Source: Thermoanaerobaculia bacterium
GTDB lineage: Bacteria > Acidobacteriota > Thermoanaerobaculia > UBA5066
Direction: 5' to 3'
Assembly (NCBI GenBank): GCA_963719225.1
Contig: CAVRAY010000001.1
Coordinates: 1,376,001 to 1,440,000, forward strand
DNA: 64,000 bases
Shown here: positions 43,001-48,034 of the stretch, piece after piece
Layout: every line of letters starts with the position of its first letter
Position numbering within the stretch: position 1 is the stretch's first letter
The notes under the pieces: model-generated
What the model was told of the DNA's origin: nothing
Seen by the model: only the letters and a program-made list of their open reading frames with translations
The model's database searches: none
Made by a program: the position numbers and the translations under genes

Positions 43001-44336
43001 CGACCTGGCCCTCGGACAACGCGCGGGCGCCCCCGAAGAGCTCGAGCTCCTACCCCTGACGGGCTTCACGAAGGGCGCCACCTATAGAGTCGGATTCCAG
43101 AGCCTCAAGGACACGCTCGGCAGAACCGCAACCCTCCCGAACTTCGCCCTCGACATCCCGACGGACGGCACGCCCGTCCTTCTCGACAGAACCTACCCCC
43201 TCGTCTACGACAGCTACTTCGCGTCAGGGACGACCGCCTCAGGCGCATTTCCCGGCGGCCAGAACCTCCTCTTCCAGGGCCTGTGGACAGACCCCGTCAC
43301 GGGCATGGGCTACGCGAGAAACCGCTGGTACGACGCCAGAAACGCCGTCTGGCTCTCCCAGGATCCTCTCGAAGACAAGGACTCCCCGAACCTCTATGGC
43401 TTCGTCGGCGCTAGACCGCATGAACTAACTGACCCGATGGGAACTTGCGCGGAGCTCGATGACATTCCGTGCGGCGAGTACCTCAAGGAGTTCGGTGACC
43501 AGTTCCTCTTCCAGAACCTGTGGGAGACGACGAGGAGATCAGGGCGCTTCCTGCTCGGTGAAGGAAAGGGAGCGGTCAAGGCTGTTCCGAATCTGGCGAA
43601 GGGCGTCGCACATGTGGCGATGCATCCAGTGAAAACGATTCAGGCGCTCGGCACCGCAGCTGGTGAGGCAATCGCTGACCCGACGGGAACGGCGAAGCGG
43701 CTCGGCAATGCAGTGATGAACGCGGATCCCGACAAGGCGGCTGAATTCACTGGCGGTGCGCTGGCCTTGGCTGGGCTTGGCGCCGCGGCAAAGACCACGG
43801 AGGGCTTGGCAGCTCTTGGTCGACTCGGAAGGGCTGGTGAGGTCGTTGAAGCGGTAGATGCTGGCTCCAGCCTCGCAAAGTATGGTGACCTCGGTTACGT
43901 CGAGGGACTGGCTGCGAGAGCGAGCCGATTCGCGTTGAGGCGAGCCCAGGCAGGGGGAGCGACAGGCCGAGTCGCCGGGAGAAGAGCAGAGGAAATATTC
44001 GAGAAGTACGCCTATCAGCTCGAGCAACGTCTCATGGCTGCGGAGAGTCCCTTCCGCATCACCCTGCAGCCAGCAGCGGACGCCGCCACCGGTGCGCGGG
44101 CTCTCGCGCGAACACGCGGCTCCTTTGTCGGGCGATGGGTGAGCGGCACGAAGCGGTTGGACTATGGCTTCTACGAGTCTGTGTCGGGAGGAGCGAACTC
44201 TTCGCGGATTCTTTCGGGTGGTGATTTCACTGTGTCCCCGGGTGGCGCTTTTGGGATCCCGGCTGAGTATTCACAGGCATTCCCGGGCTCGACGATCTTC
44301 GGCATTGACCCTCTAAATATCGTTAAGGGACCATGA
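25083..44336 (+). CDS. Giant (6417 aa) Rhs/YD-repeat polymorphic toxin with Sec-type signal peptide and long Ig-like stalk
   Basis: GTG 25083 gives MKNRTLSLALGVALLGAGAARG. Many D(T/S)xxPxVxIxxP...VxVNG...L.EGxN Ig repeats (25.9-30.7 kb), Big_5-like domains, a DUF6531-like segment (FDRTYRS...LGAAGW, ~38.3 kb), YD repeats (38.6-42.7 kb) and Rhs core RNRWYDA...DP...PNLYGF...RPHELTDPMG, then a ~297-aa tip from 43443. Confidence 0.92.
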   Translation: MKNRTLSLALGVALLGAGAARGESPFSIGAPLAARAIFGCSEVTVADGATVRSEGVSSYSAKEGRGHVASNGDIAVSSRAVVMGDVAAGPGHTVTVAADAAVSGLTTPAAAAVDCRPVDLVKLAAAIGPNDNAKIPKTALGKSALSGPAGDALVLAGRDSVTLPAGTYVFSSIDLSSRAHVMVAGEARVFVMGDVHLAGNSALNAAGGAFRLRLFTSGPRLTVESSSTLGAFVYAPSAAVFVDTESRVLGTLFASAVTVRHASAVIRVVDDTPPVLTLLEPGTSGAPVLSAVRVRGLVRDPETAVTSAKVNGQVLALADDGSFDTTVDATSSAEVRLDGENAMGLVSTVRVSLCSGPPQLVIQSPANGSLVGDRIGSVTGTCGTASSVAVNGRPAAVANGAFRLDGIDFGPDGLVVLNVVASSVCAQTALATAFTLDTQPPAVAIDTPTSGSVVGASPLAVSGTFVEPNLASITVNGVAAAISGSRFTATVPVPAGISTLIAEARDKIGHVGLSTPVSVTLDTQAASVVITSPASGTLTGDATATVSGTADMPGLASVRVAGRTATLSGKSFTVSGVPLVEGDNRLVAEAIDASSRSFLSQPVVVTLDSLPPDVALDTTSFPLLTKSTAITVSGTVSDPHLGPVTVNGVAALVSGGRFTATNVPLVEGDNPVRAHAVDTLGHSADSAAATVNRDTQGPAVTITSPASGAQLANASLVVTGTASDPHLAGVTVNGVSAPVTNGTFTTSLTLGEGDSTLVASAVDSLGNSGASPGVPVTVDTIAPVVSIDAPANTLTGSAFVTVTGTVLEPHLLSVTVAGVPAAASGGRFVATNVPLVEGTQQITAVALDTFGHRSESGPVTYRLDSTPPVLTIDKPPPDSACFASGAPIAVSGHVGVPGSASARPAVSLVVKPSGGAPQTFAAVLDAAGTTWSVAAVDPGSSDGFAVLTASTGDALGHDVRVVRSVRVKASTPAVSLLLDGSAFPGSAAGATAAPGETPVLLGRVVKPRALVTDGPGAAPPVPVLTLDGAPYTGAVIDAEGTHLLAATVSDCAGHSASRHALFTIDVTPPRLLSTVPADGVTLGAAVTSFSGTSDPDLASAAVDGVAAGVSGGAFSLVPFSSKEGTNALAIVLVDRAGNRSVFSRSFNVKSLAPSVEILEGGVPLGTGATFFRTVTPVVRANDPSATVAATLNGSPFVSGTPVSAAGTYTVSATATDALGHAGNATASFKIDLSAPPTIDITAPPDRAVLPGPAIAVTGTASASVTSVTVNGRAATLAGAAWTVPDLVLPPDVPVEIIAIGADALGRTATAIRQVTVRSVGPQVQILDPPNGFRTNRKKIDVVGAVVGGPSMTANGTVVVAGATLPLDALGTFRAKDVALIDGANTLVASAVDSQGRTGNAQVVVTTDTLAPLIAIMAEGQPLVDGASFARAFTVHVEITDNTLPLPIPVIRLNGLDRGATAAATDLPIAQNGGYILSVVARDAAGNESRAERSFVLASGGCSVSALDPSDGAVVAASAITLHGKSGDAQTVKVTVGGQTFTAQLADGTFAAGGVPLPIVGDNTLQIACTDRSGATTTTNLKLTRLADGPGPVVRITAPANGARQTVPTAPVAGTVSDPSATVLVNGVKALVAPAGTFSLASLPLVEGPNVFAARALDAAGRSGEDRVVIYRDSAPPKVTITSPPDGAHVGLPGAGPAAVTVTGAVDLTNEPNLSSVVVSSAAGSVTATVDPDSGAFFAAGVPLVTSTPGSPQTLTATATDTLSQVGSASVSVIFDPAAPALVLSLPIDLTRFTETSPPSFPVAGEAWAKDGAQISLNGGALDPATLSWEPAAADGRRHVSFAAQVTVPAQEGPFGLIARVEEPAGAYANDRRLLYKDVTAPTVIELSPADGAKQVDANEIPLALFSEPVKPSSLGTVDGLTLTRVATGDKSVGTFTVAGNAVAFVPGAALARGEVYLFRAGPGVTDLAGHPLAAAKEARFTVATLSTGVPPVLDPVPPVICATQIAITGTAAPNAAVRLKDGDLTFSGNADASGRFSITIPLSGNGFHAVHASTLDRDGAGASPEATVLFRVDCSSPSVLGASFDRSSGKITVAFSEAMGAASLTVGGTGSAITVSKADDPTHAPQAATVALSADGATATLDLGTAPGAWWQNVSVRLLVGPPAADASGNALGSSFETVFFAGGGGDLSGGFLSGEAYDDESGRPLAGAEVKLFASGAALPGSVPAVQVGTPVASSVTDGRGRFSLVGDVAAGRYALVLSRSGYSRAVRRLALEPAVGAVPFDSRLTPLGAQGAALLHAATGGTYDGPAGSGLSATFAAGALSSPVDLGVRLTALSGQGLPEPLPLGWTPLAAAELRLVPGGVGDDALPEGTGTPFTANAVHLTLTLPSGVPSNAELFAARYDVAAGAWLALPIPVRATGAGGADTVTVALAGPGPVAVIAPDVDPATRPPVMPTSLDAPLIGTDLPSVLPALAAAIGLDPPIVSPTGRATARVLARSADGTTPWPSGLAVQAYLDEKLILSGGGELYEAPFSSDLILYHPPLAPADVGATAPGAVGSLTFRISPSPRAAQVLLDTGYENVRLFPFTDQLERGQVLGPAGGSVSSPDGVELFVPESALAQKAVVRARLLSSSELAALPVPAGYSLVAAVRVDLSGFPLARGATLKLNAPAGLPADAVDDPRLVLASFVDQPDDGRGAFARVVARVALLPAAGSVPAKLVGAPEVSGSTLPLSGITGEGVFLFLHANAPIGFVTGRVTAPNGAGYAGSRVTTPGLGTADLSQPGGLYALSAPAGSPTLNALHPTLGVSGTATVPSLPKGQIAQIDIILAPTPPRIVSLQPPAGATNQPVGTTVAILFSAPLDPASVTQTVLTVELANTDGTGTGLLFGGNVALSSDRTTVAFSSARPLPPGRTILASLKGGIRSFDGTPYAGTLPVTWTFTTSTAFLPGGNIHPEKIRLLLPVNGTAQIVGADSALPLVLGGTTPWSVWADVDGALACPSITTYPANTNGGFTATVGCPPTANVTLSSRVFIHVLDPTGTQAATWRLGPFVTPDGTGFVAPPGEETVFTTIDGIQVTSPAAAFDVPTLVKVTKKPVDSLGVAVNPGLEMAAVLDVDFEGTAHETLRLRIPVVTASPVGGVVFAGKPIDLPWGRKLQILDLGRLVDDGKGGKLISTLEADQPEDSAPDASTPASSAMAGSGHQALGGRRAQALPKKLLQSIALEFTARATAGFIMGATLELSAITGHVEPAIVGATFFVLYNALADAMVFQAVAKNWNGRFVLPSTGSAFTIVKRDLATGWILSEKSYSAIAPSPGRFVNLGDLEPAATDPPRLIDASPVAVIRFKAPTVLAGKEENLRLRLDVEAHSTDQDTTSLRAVPGEVLPDLSTVELYNLSQTSRAKAVVQAGDFNVGPLGAKSGEDLLAAVSPSDVDADDLSELSFSFSRPLASVADPATLVTLTDCGELNRSAPGPPACPSPLPVPLNVTQEANRTRLRAGLFGPLARGHLYRVELKSLTSDSTPSLAYPPTDPTVFSFATRSGQSGPIGSTVGSGVLALGDTNSARDLLKFGNLLLVGSASGKLLAMDASDPVKPVLFARLAPEAGDQLRAFASDGHNRLFYNTRLGASWAVKAVRVEDVWQALPSTCPQGLPSEPAWLTALPCFAAVPGGVKSAFALGSTTGLTPSEFLTLTGSLPTGTPSDLQILVDDDTVGPYPLEEFFDKVPGSGTPPSGPPSSPDQFYSISLTINTAGHVFDRGAGICGEPGFDKKQRVTIDDLTTGQSWSVDVPNPSTSGMSLAVAIRARKRDQIQVRYNKTAIGYLAIVGSGVSAFDLNRFYDTLTPATGGTQGNKSECGRRLGTFEGAGISFPTCGRVTPDSLAFTPALAVATGKGFIDVFSVLTHFGAGNLVAASGGPGSLQAIEMKCLVDTLPASTPTTPAPSPSYRAVTLALNTMWIDRHISPGPSPGSFVGPQTPVPPSGVRGDLAFYSLGPAGIDVYDVTGRGSMALIGRFWAKDHTVYRLASDAAGRRLFAGGQDKNGNPIIDVWDISQANGGPSKDGVFPDPAGSADTRLLFTLKAPWDTNHIGLEESTGFLYTWGVNGPGVEGGFVVPTRDPGFIFSGLYRPENESRAAGATPLPSVQVDTQDLVPLGVQTQVSTADEADPEKSKADERTATAAFKVRISLPGTLGEKLVAKVQTLRSLPDARFLSKDDVGPLVAAPGGGGWPERDVFVTLRRLVPVAGTSSDRLQQPFNLYESDEVVLLLADPRAKLAYWKSKQGLKSPAQVADEKTQCRRCGRPSYLPNDTGNTEIPVKELLAAGPWVRAYLAEPPGGDAPTAAALDFFRQQGDNFPAPSGAVQVSGHADEVPSPIQISLAEPALNPAVWSAEAGTSVSLVSGEAILAATDHAVEGRGVGFVFDRTYRSGVLGYGPLGAAGWNSSLFAHLRMLPHTGEMEFHDGGGRVWKFSPPALGGCVDVDHYESDGAFCIPKGLYVKVEVVGNGAAFRLVGRNHDTMLFDSNGRLLELSDRHRRGASDPSSQGNTLSLFYDGAGYLVRAEDELGRSYKFTYDQKPLFSGGAENPQYGLLTRIEDFATPPRVVGFIYDDLRRLLQVQLPDVTSSIAGSSYTQPTVLYHYDFTKALQDTAPLHGPDFPKFKLTGFRLPDAGADRVTLDYVPETGRVTSLAVPPSPPNSGTVAWQFQNPDPSSDAGPLNGISLVAPWQLRADYTFTSGRINTVSETVETLRGTDPSPPAGSDPPAVALTTTYVYLDDGRIDHITWPDGHVTRQDYQGTDRLEKANVSHVMAEAGGAPTGTAQHGTPTSEIRSYVDNIPETTADPEGRAVTSAVSVPSGSASPGYDAAPGQTAVSGNSKYDPFGRMKEFTGAGSNGTHVTMGFGKDAKGRPDRGFASEIARGAVKESLKYDEDGMGPRGNVTTRETSFQTSSKYEYDEWDRPVKETLGLSASGDFDAVPDAIVTRAFDPIGHLKVERRRQMDLDNGEVETVYEYNDREQLVSVTVNNLAQAAPGQTSGLATGKTRYSYNRSGQLSDVTSPHGVTTHYEYDAAGRVKSEQVSSSGIRKRAYDEMGRTVWMTDGDIGVWRGRFDAWGRMYQEDLPTGASIEREYDAAGGIKRETTFSGDPKSASSNKLAETLAHVTSFGAVNEVQEMLTASPASYRVTLKQYDGSGRLAGVTSGPTDAIQRTDLTVQYDDAGRPVVQTDGGNNETHHDYGGTAPWPVRTFVLEAVPGSPSRPKTVESEFRRDAFGRVVKETRSSGGTLVSIVQTGYDQVGNVKSVESGIGSRSEYLYDGAGRLIKETRPTGGSTKYGYDLDGRVKARVTAQGGASVSETDYGYDGAGRLASILRPDGTTESFTYNGDDTVDMWTNRSGIVVTHRYDAANRLIGRFPGSRPAGSKVVVDGGDTYDYDEASRLRAADRIDTPTGAPGVFAANAAARAAFTGYDAAGRPAEERIGARDALKRFYDTWSREVAVGVPAGVGRHGVGSFSGYTRDFDSLDRLVLMTANAGGPKLGARWDWGGTARLYGITTDNALKTAHRMSYLGSGLGAQPGGTVATPWQLGTISVASADPKQPVTDEPTTLWGQFGFGYRTGDGVKRGREVMDRQTGKPSLFSNQGWSFTPDNGLRLQTAEAGRGTRDGSSAPSIFEKFDVTYGLGDEVNLLSREGGANSSTLLATGAEGRIAKRNGIGFEHDLEGRRQKDDRFSYVWSWRGELLSVTVNDCWPAEQGSQPTSGCPANQYGSPYAKHQIRYEYDALGSLLAREHLGAQATPGDDTTRSFIERREYLWDGSHLMAEVGKAQDGTLRWRKSYVPGASGLDDAVQERIEIYSLSGVDVVSDTLYTFLRDEQNSVVALVEEKVGADPASPPTPVRYHYSPYGEAHAETGSELLLTRFDSSLHGVTKPDGTTVSQTTAADAVDGGIRLTLTLPPDPSTLAAALLVEKRNTDGTWGALNAADLALGQRAGAPEELELLPLTGFTKGATYRVGFQSLKDTLGRTATLPNFALDIPTDGTPVLLDRTYPLVYDSYFASGTTASGAFPGGQNLLFQGLWTDPVTGMGYARNRWYDARNAVWLSQDPLEDKDSPNLYGFVGARPHELTDPMGTCAELDDIPCGEYLKEFGDQFLFQNLWETTRRSGRFLLGEGKGAVKAVPNLAKGVAHVAMHPVKTIQALGTAAGEAIADPTGTAKRLGNAVMNADPDKAAEFTGGALALAGLGAAAKTTEGLAALGRLGRAGEVVEAVDAGSSLAKYGDLGYVEGLAARASRFALRRAQAGGATGRVAGRRAEEIFEKYAYQLEQRLMAAESPFRITLQPAADAATGARALARTRGSFVGRWVSGTKRLDYGFYESVSGGANSSRILSGGDFTVSPGGAFGIPAEYSQAFPGSTIFGIDPLNIVKGP
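42873..43350 (+). repeat. Repeat A copy 1 (478 bp of Rhs core), identical to 58113-58590
   Basis: Line-by-line comparison shows no mismatch, at offset 15240. Confidence 0.95.
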
Positions 44337-44806
44337 TCGAGATAGCTCCAGCGCAGATTCCCGACATTCGAGCTCGTTTGAAGAGTGCGTCAGCTGAACT
44401 AGGGGACGCATGGGCTCAGATGGAGTCGATCGAAGTACAGCCTCGTCGGCAGCAGGCTCCCTTCGTCCAGCTCGCGCACGACGAACTGCCTGGAGAGGAA
44501 ATTGACGCGATCCTCGCGTATGAGGGTATTCCACAATTCAACGGTGCCATCGGAATCCCTTTTCCGTCTCGGCCTGTCCAACTCGGTAAGAAGGAACTAC
44601 TCGTTTTTCCGATTGACGGGCTAAGAGAGCACCTGAGCTTGCACGAACCCGATCTTGTGGCGCGACTCCAGAAGAGTGGGGGCATGTCCGGCTACATCGC
44701 AGCCCAGCAGGGTGAAATCTCAGCCAGGGAGTATCTAATCGGTGGACTGCTGGAGTGCATCAATTACTGCGTCGAGAACCGCCAAGCGCTTGAAATCAAG
44801 TGGTGA
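44333..44806 (+). CDS. Putative immunity protein for the resident Rhs tip (157 aa)
   Basis: ATGA overlap with the toxin stop; small, acidic and lower in GC; no family recognised. Confidence 0.75.
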   Translation: MIEIAPAQIPDIRARLKSASAELGDAWAQMESIEVQPRRQQAPFVQLAHDELPGEEIDAILAYEGIPQFNGAIGIPFPSRPVQLGKKELLVFPIDGLREHLSLHEPDLVARLQKSGGMSGYIAAQQGEISAREYLIGGLLECINYCVENRQALEIKW

Positions 44807-44813
44807 CGATTCC

Positions 44814-44890
44814 CGCGCGTCACGCTGCGTGCGTGAGCGGCCACGCGTGACGAGCGCGCCTGGTCGGGCACGCATCGCGCCGCGCTGAAG
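44814..44890 (+). repeat. ~75-bp imperfect direct repeat, copy 1 (copy 2 at 49526-49600)
   Basis: Both copies share CGGCCACGCGTGACGAGCGCGCCTGG and GCACGCATCGCGCCGCGCTG. Confidence 0.85.
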
Positions 44891-44921
44891 ACGACCCGGA
44901 AGTCGCGGCGAGGGAGATCGT

Positions 44922-46361
44922 ATGAGTTGGTCCGAGGTGCAGCTCGCCTCACTGGCTGAGACCTACTTCCGGAGCGGCGGCGCGAGATGCCCGGGCGACA
45001 ACACGCCGCTGAAAGTGGAAAAGCTGCAATACGTCGGCAGGAAGACCGCGGATCTCTTCCTGCACTGTCGGCGCTGTGGCACGAGCGCGACTTGGGGAAA
45101 TCAGGAGCCCACGAGTGGAGCCGGTGTGTGGCCAGCGGCTGCCCGGAAACTGATTGTGGACAGCTACTGGGAGCACGGGTATGCGAACTGCCCAGTGGAC
45201 GGAGCGAATCTGACGGTCCACGAATCCCGGCAGCTGGGGAGCAAGGGTGGTGCGCACCTCCTCGTGCATTGCGTGCGCTGCGGGCGCCACTTTTCGGACG
45301 ACGGACAGGGCGAAGATCAGGAAGAAAAGGACCCTTTTCTCGCTAAGTACGAGGTCATCAGGTCACTCGGGAAAGGAGGGATGGCGACTGTCGACCTCGT
45401 GCGCGACAGGCGAACCGGTGACGAGCTCGCAGCAAAGACGATCGCGCCCGAGAGGGCACGTGAGGCTGGCTTCATCGAGCGTTTCCGTCGTGAGACGGGA
45501 ATCCTGCGAGGTCTCTCGCACCCGAACGTCGTGAAAATCATCGAGGAATTTACGCAGGGCGATCGTGCCACCTACGTCATGGAGTACCTGTCGGGCGGCG
45601 ACCTGGGGCAAGCCATCTCTGACCCGAATCGCGATGTGCACGCACTGGCGCAGCTCTTCGCGGACGCTGCGGAGGGCGTGACCCATCTTCACGGACGAGG
45701 TTTCATTCACCGCGACCTCAAGCCGAGCAACATCCTGATTGGGAATGAAGGGCGAGCGCGGGTCTCTGACTTCGGGCTGGCCATCCAGGCCGAAAGGAAT
45801 GAAGCGGTTACTCGCACGGGAGAATTTCTCGGCACGAAGATGTATGCCGCTCCCGAACAACTCCGCGGCGCGCGGGGCGTGAATGAGAAGGCGGACATCT
45901 ATTCCCTGGGCCTGATCGCCATTCAGGTCCTCAGCCGGAAGCTGAGTCAGCCAGAACTCCACCTCTGGACGGATGGAACTGATCCGGCGTCGCGTGCGCT
46001 CGCGAACGCCTTGAACCAGGATCCGGCGAAGCGCACTATCACCCCGAGGGAGCTCGCGTTGGCCGTGTGTGAACGGGTGCTGATGGAGATGGCCGTAACG
46101 GCGCAGCCGAGCCAGCAGCTCACAGCTGGCGAGAAGAACACGCTGCTGGAAATGATTCCGGACGACGACAAGGTGGACGAACACCTCGCGGCTCGCGGCC
46201 TCAGGCGCAAAGGGAAAGGACGTCCGCGTGCGGGGGAGCTTTACCTCGGCAGAGGCGGGCCGATGAGCGACGGCAGGGGCATCTATCGGCGCGAAGTCGA
46301 CAACACTCCGGGAAACGGATTCTCCGGCGCCGATCTCTTTGAGCTGCTGGAGCGGGGCTGA
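44922..46361 (+). CDS. Hanks-type Ser/Thr protein kinase with two tandem N-terminal zinc-ribbon-like repeats
   Basis: Kinase motifs GKGGMATV, AAK, HRDLKPSN, DFG and APE; the N-terminal CPxD...HCxRCG unit occurs twice. Confidence 0.9.
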   Translation: MSWSEVQLASLAETYFRSGGARCPGDNTPLKVEKLQYVGRKTADLFLHCRRCGTSATWGNQEPTSGAGVWPAAARKLIVDSYWEHGYANCPVDGANLTVHESRQLGSKGGAHLLVHCVRCGRHFSDDGQGEDQEEKDPFLAKYEVIRSLGKGGMATVDLVRDRRTGDELAAKTIAPERAREAGFIERFRRETGILRGLSHPNVVKIIEEFTQGDRATYVMEYLSGGDLGQAISDPNRDVHALAQLFADAAEGVTHLHGRGFIHRDLKPSNILIGNEGRARVSDFGLAIQAERNEAVTRTGEFLGTKMYAAPEQLRGARGVNEKADIYSLGLIAIQVLSRKLSQPELHLWTDGTDPASRALANALNQDPAKRTITPRELALAVCERVLMEMAVTAQPSQQLTAGEKNTLLEMIPDDDKVDEHLAARGLRRKGKGRPRAGELYLGRGGPMSDGRGIYRREVDNTPGNGFSGADLFELLERG

Positions 46362-46448
46362 TCGGCTAAAGCAAGCGGCGCCGACGGTACGTCCGGGGCT
46401 CCGGCGTGCGAGGCGGACGAACTAAGCTCAAGGGATCTGTGACGGAGG

Positions 46449-46868
46449 TCAGCGGCTGGCACGTCTGCGGATGGAGAGGAGCACCTTCTCTATCTTCGCG
46501 GGCGTCCGTGTTTCGCACTCCCAGATCACGCGAACGGACCAGCCAGCGCGCCGGAGAGCAGCCGTCTTTCGGCGATCACGTGCGGCGTTTTCGGACCGCT
46601 TCTTCAGCCAGAAATCCGGATTTGTAGCAGGCACGACCTGCCCGTAGCGGCAGGCGTGCAGGTGCCAGAAACACCCGTGGACGAAGATGGCGGTGCCGAA
46701 CTTCGGGAAGACGAGATCAGGGCGGCCCGGGAGACCGGCACGATGAAGGCGGAAACGCATGCCCAGCCTGTGCGCGATGCGGCGGACGACGAGCTCGGGC
46801 GTCGTGTCGCGGCCGCGCACGGCCTGCATGTTTCGTCGGCGCTGCTCTGCAGTAAGGACGTCCGTCAC
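46449..46868 (-). CDS. vsr: Very short patch repair endonuclease
   Basis: D.LT.EQRRRNMQAVRGRDTTPE, LPGRPD, FVHGCFWH and GWSVRVIWEC; clustered with a C5-methyltransferase. Confidence 0.95.
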   Translation of the reverse strand: MTDVLTAEQRRRNMQAVRGRDTTPELVVRRIAHRLGMRFRLHRAGLPGRPDLVFPKFGTAIFVHGCFWHLHACRYGQVVPATNPDFWLKKRSENAARDRRKTAALRRAGWSVRVIWECETRTPAKIEKVLLSIRRRASR

Positions 46869-48030
46869 GAGCAGAGCGGACGGATCTTCTCGATGAAGCC
46901 CTCGACGGTCAGCAGATGTCGCCGGGTTTCGACGGGAAATTTCACGTGCAGAGGCTCGGGCACGACGAGCTGGACCTTCGCGTCACGCATCTCCTCGAGC
47001 TGTGCAGACGAGATGCCCTGCTGAATGGTGAGGATGTGCTTCAACGGGATACGGCGGGCCTCACGAACGACCTGTCGCCACCGGTCCTTGCACGTCGTCT
47101 TGACGCCGACGACGACGAGGCGATCATCGGGAAAGCTCTGCTGTCGGTACTGCTCTTCTCCAGGAATGATGATGTCGGGCCGGCCGTCCACGCCCCGTGG
47201 GCGCATCGTGTGTGGGATCCGCGCCTCGGAAAGGAGATAGTCCACGTGATTTTCGAGAGAGCGGCCGGCGCGCGACTTTCGACGATTCATGATGCGGCCG
47301 GCGGTGTCGAGAAAGTCGTCGACGTCGCGAAACGTCCGCGTGACCTCCGTCTGGCAGAGCTGGCGCTCCACGAGCCGAAAGAGCTTGTACTCAGCCTCGA
47401 CGAAATCGACGAGGCGCCGGTCAGGGCCAAGTGTGCGAATCGTTTCGATGCACTCGAGGAGCGCCTTGCGCGCCGCATCCGAGAATGCTCCACCCGTAGG
47501 GAAATTCGCGAGACCCGCAGCGAACGTCGGAAGTGTCGCTCGACACATGCGTCGGGCGACTCTACCTGCGGGACACCGCCACGGAAGACGGCCCACGTGT
47601 CGAGGATTGCGACGCCCAGGGCGCTCTGGACCTCGTCGATGTCGTCGTCGTGCTCGAGAACGAAGGCGCTGAATTCATGGAGCGATTTCGGGACGATGAC
47701 GAGCAGGTCTCCGACACATTCTTCGGCCATGAACGGAAAGCCCTTGCCGAACCGGGTGAGCCGATATTCGTTCTTCGCCTTTCCGTACCACTTAACGCGC
47801 GATTCGGTCGTGACGAGCCCGCCCTGCCACGTGACGCGCACCGTGCTCTCGTCGTTACGTCCCTTTTCGGGTCCGAAGGGGGCGAACAGCTCCCATGCCG
47901 ATATGGGCAGGTAATAGCCGTACTGATGGCCGCCTGTCAGGCCGACGTCATTAGGGGAAATGAACTTGAGGACCGCGTTTCCGTGCTCGAGCGCTTCTGC
48001 GATCGCTTCCTCGCAGGCGGGCGAGGGCAT
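46865..48030 (-). pseudogene. EcoRII-like type II restriction endonuclease, frameshifted near 47.5 kb
   Basis: The N-part (KFISPNDVGLTGGHQYG...NEYRLTRFG) and the C-part (NRRKSRAGRSLENH, PDIIIPG, KTTCKDRWRQV; EcoRII-C type) lie in different frames. Confidence 0.85.
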
Positions 48031-48034
48031 TGCG

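Noticed and set aside
5951-43019. Many long alternative-frame and antisense ORFs (e.g. 25199-31669, 7703-10699, 24204-27761)
   Set aside because: Arg/Ala/Gly-rich shadows expected in high-GC coding DNA, with no recognisable motifs.
46449-46868. Vsr as protection against the deaminase toxin
   Set aside because: Vsr is fully explained by the neighbouring C5-methyltransferase, and the deaminase has its own adjacent immunity gene.
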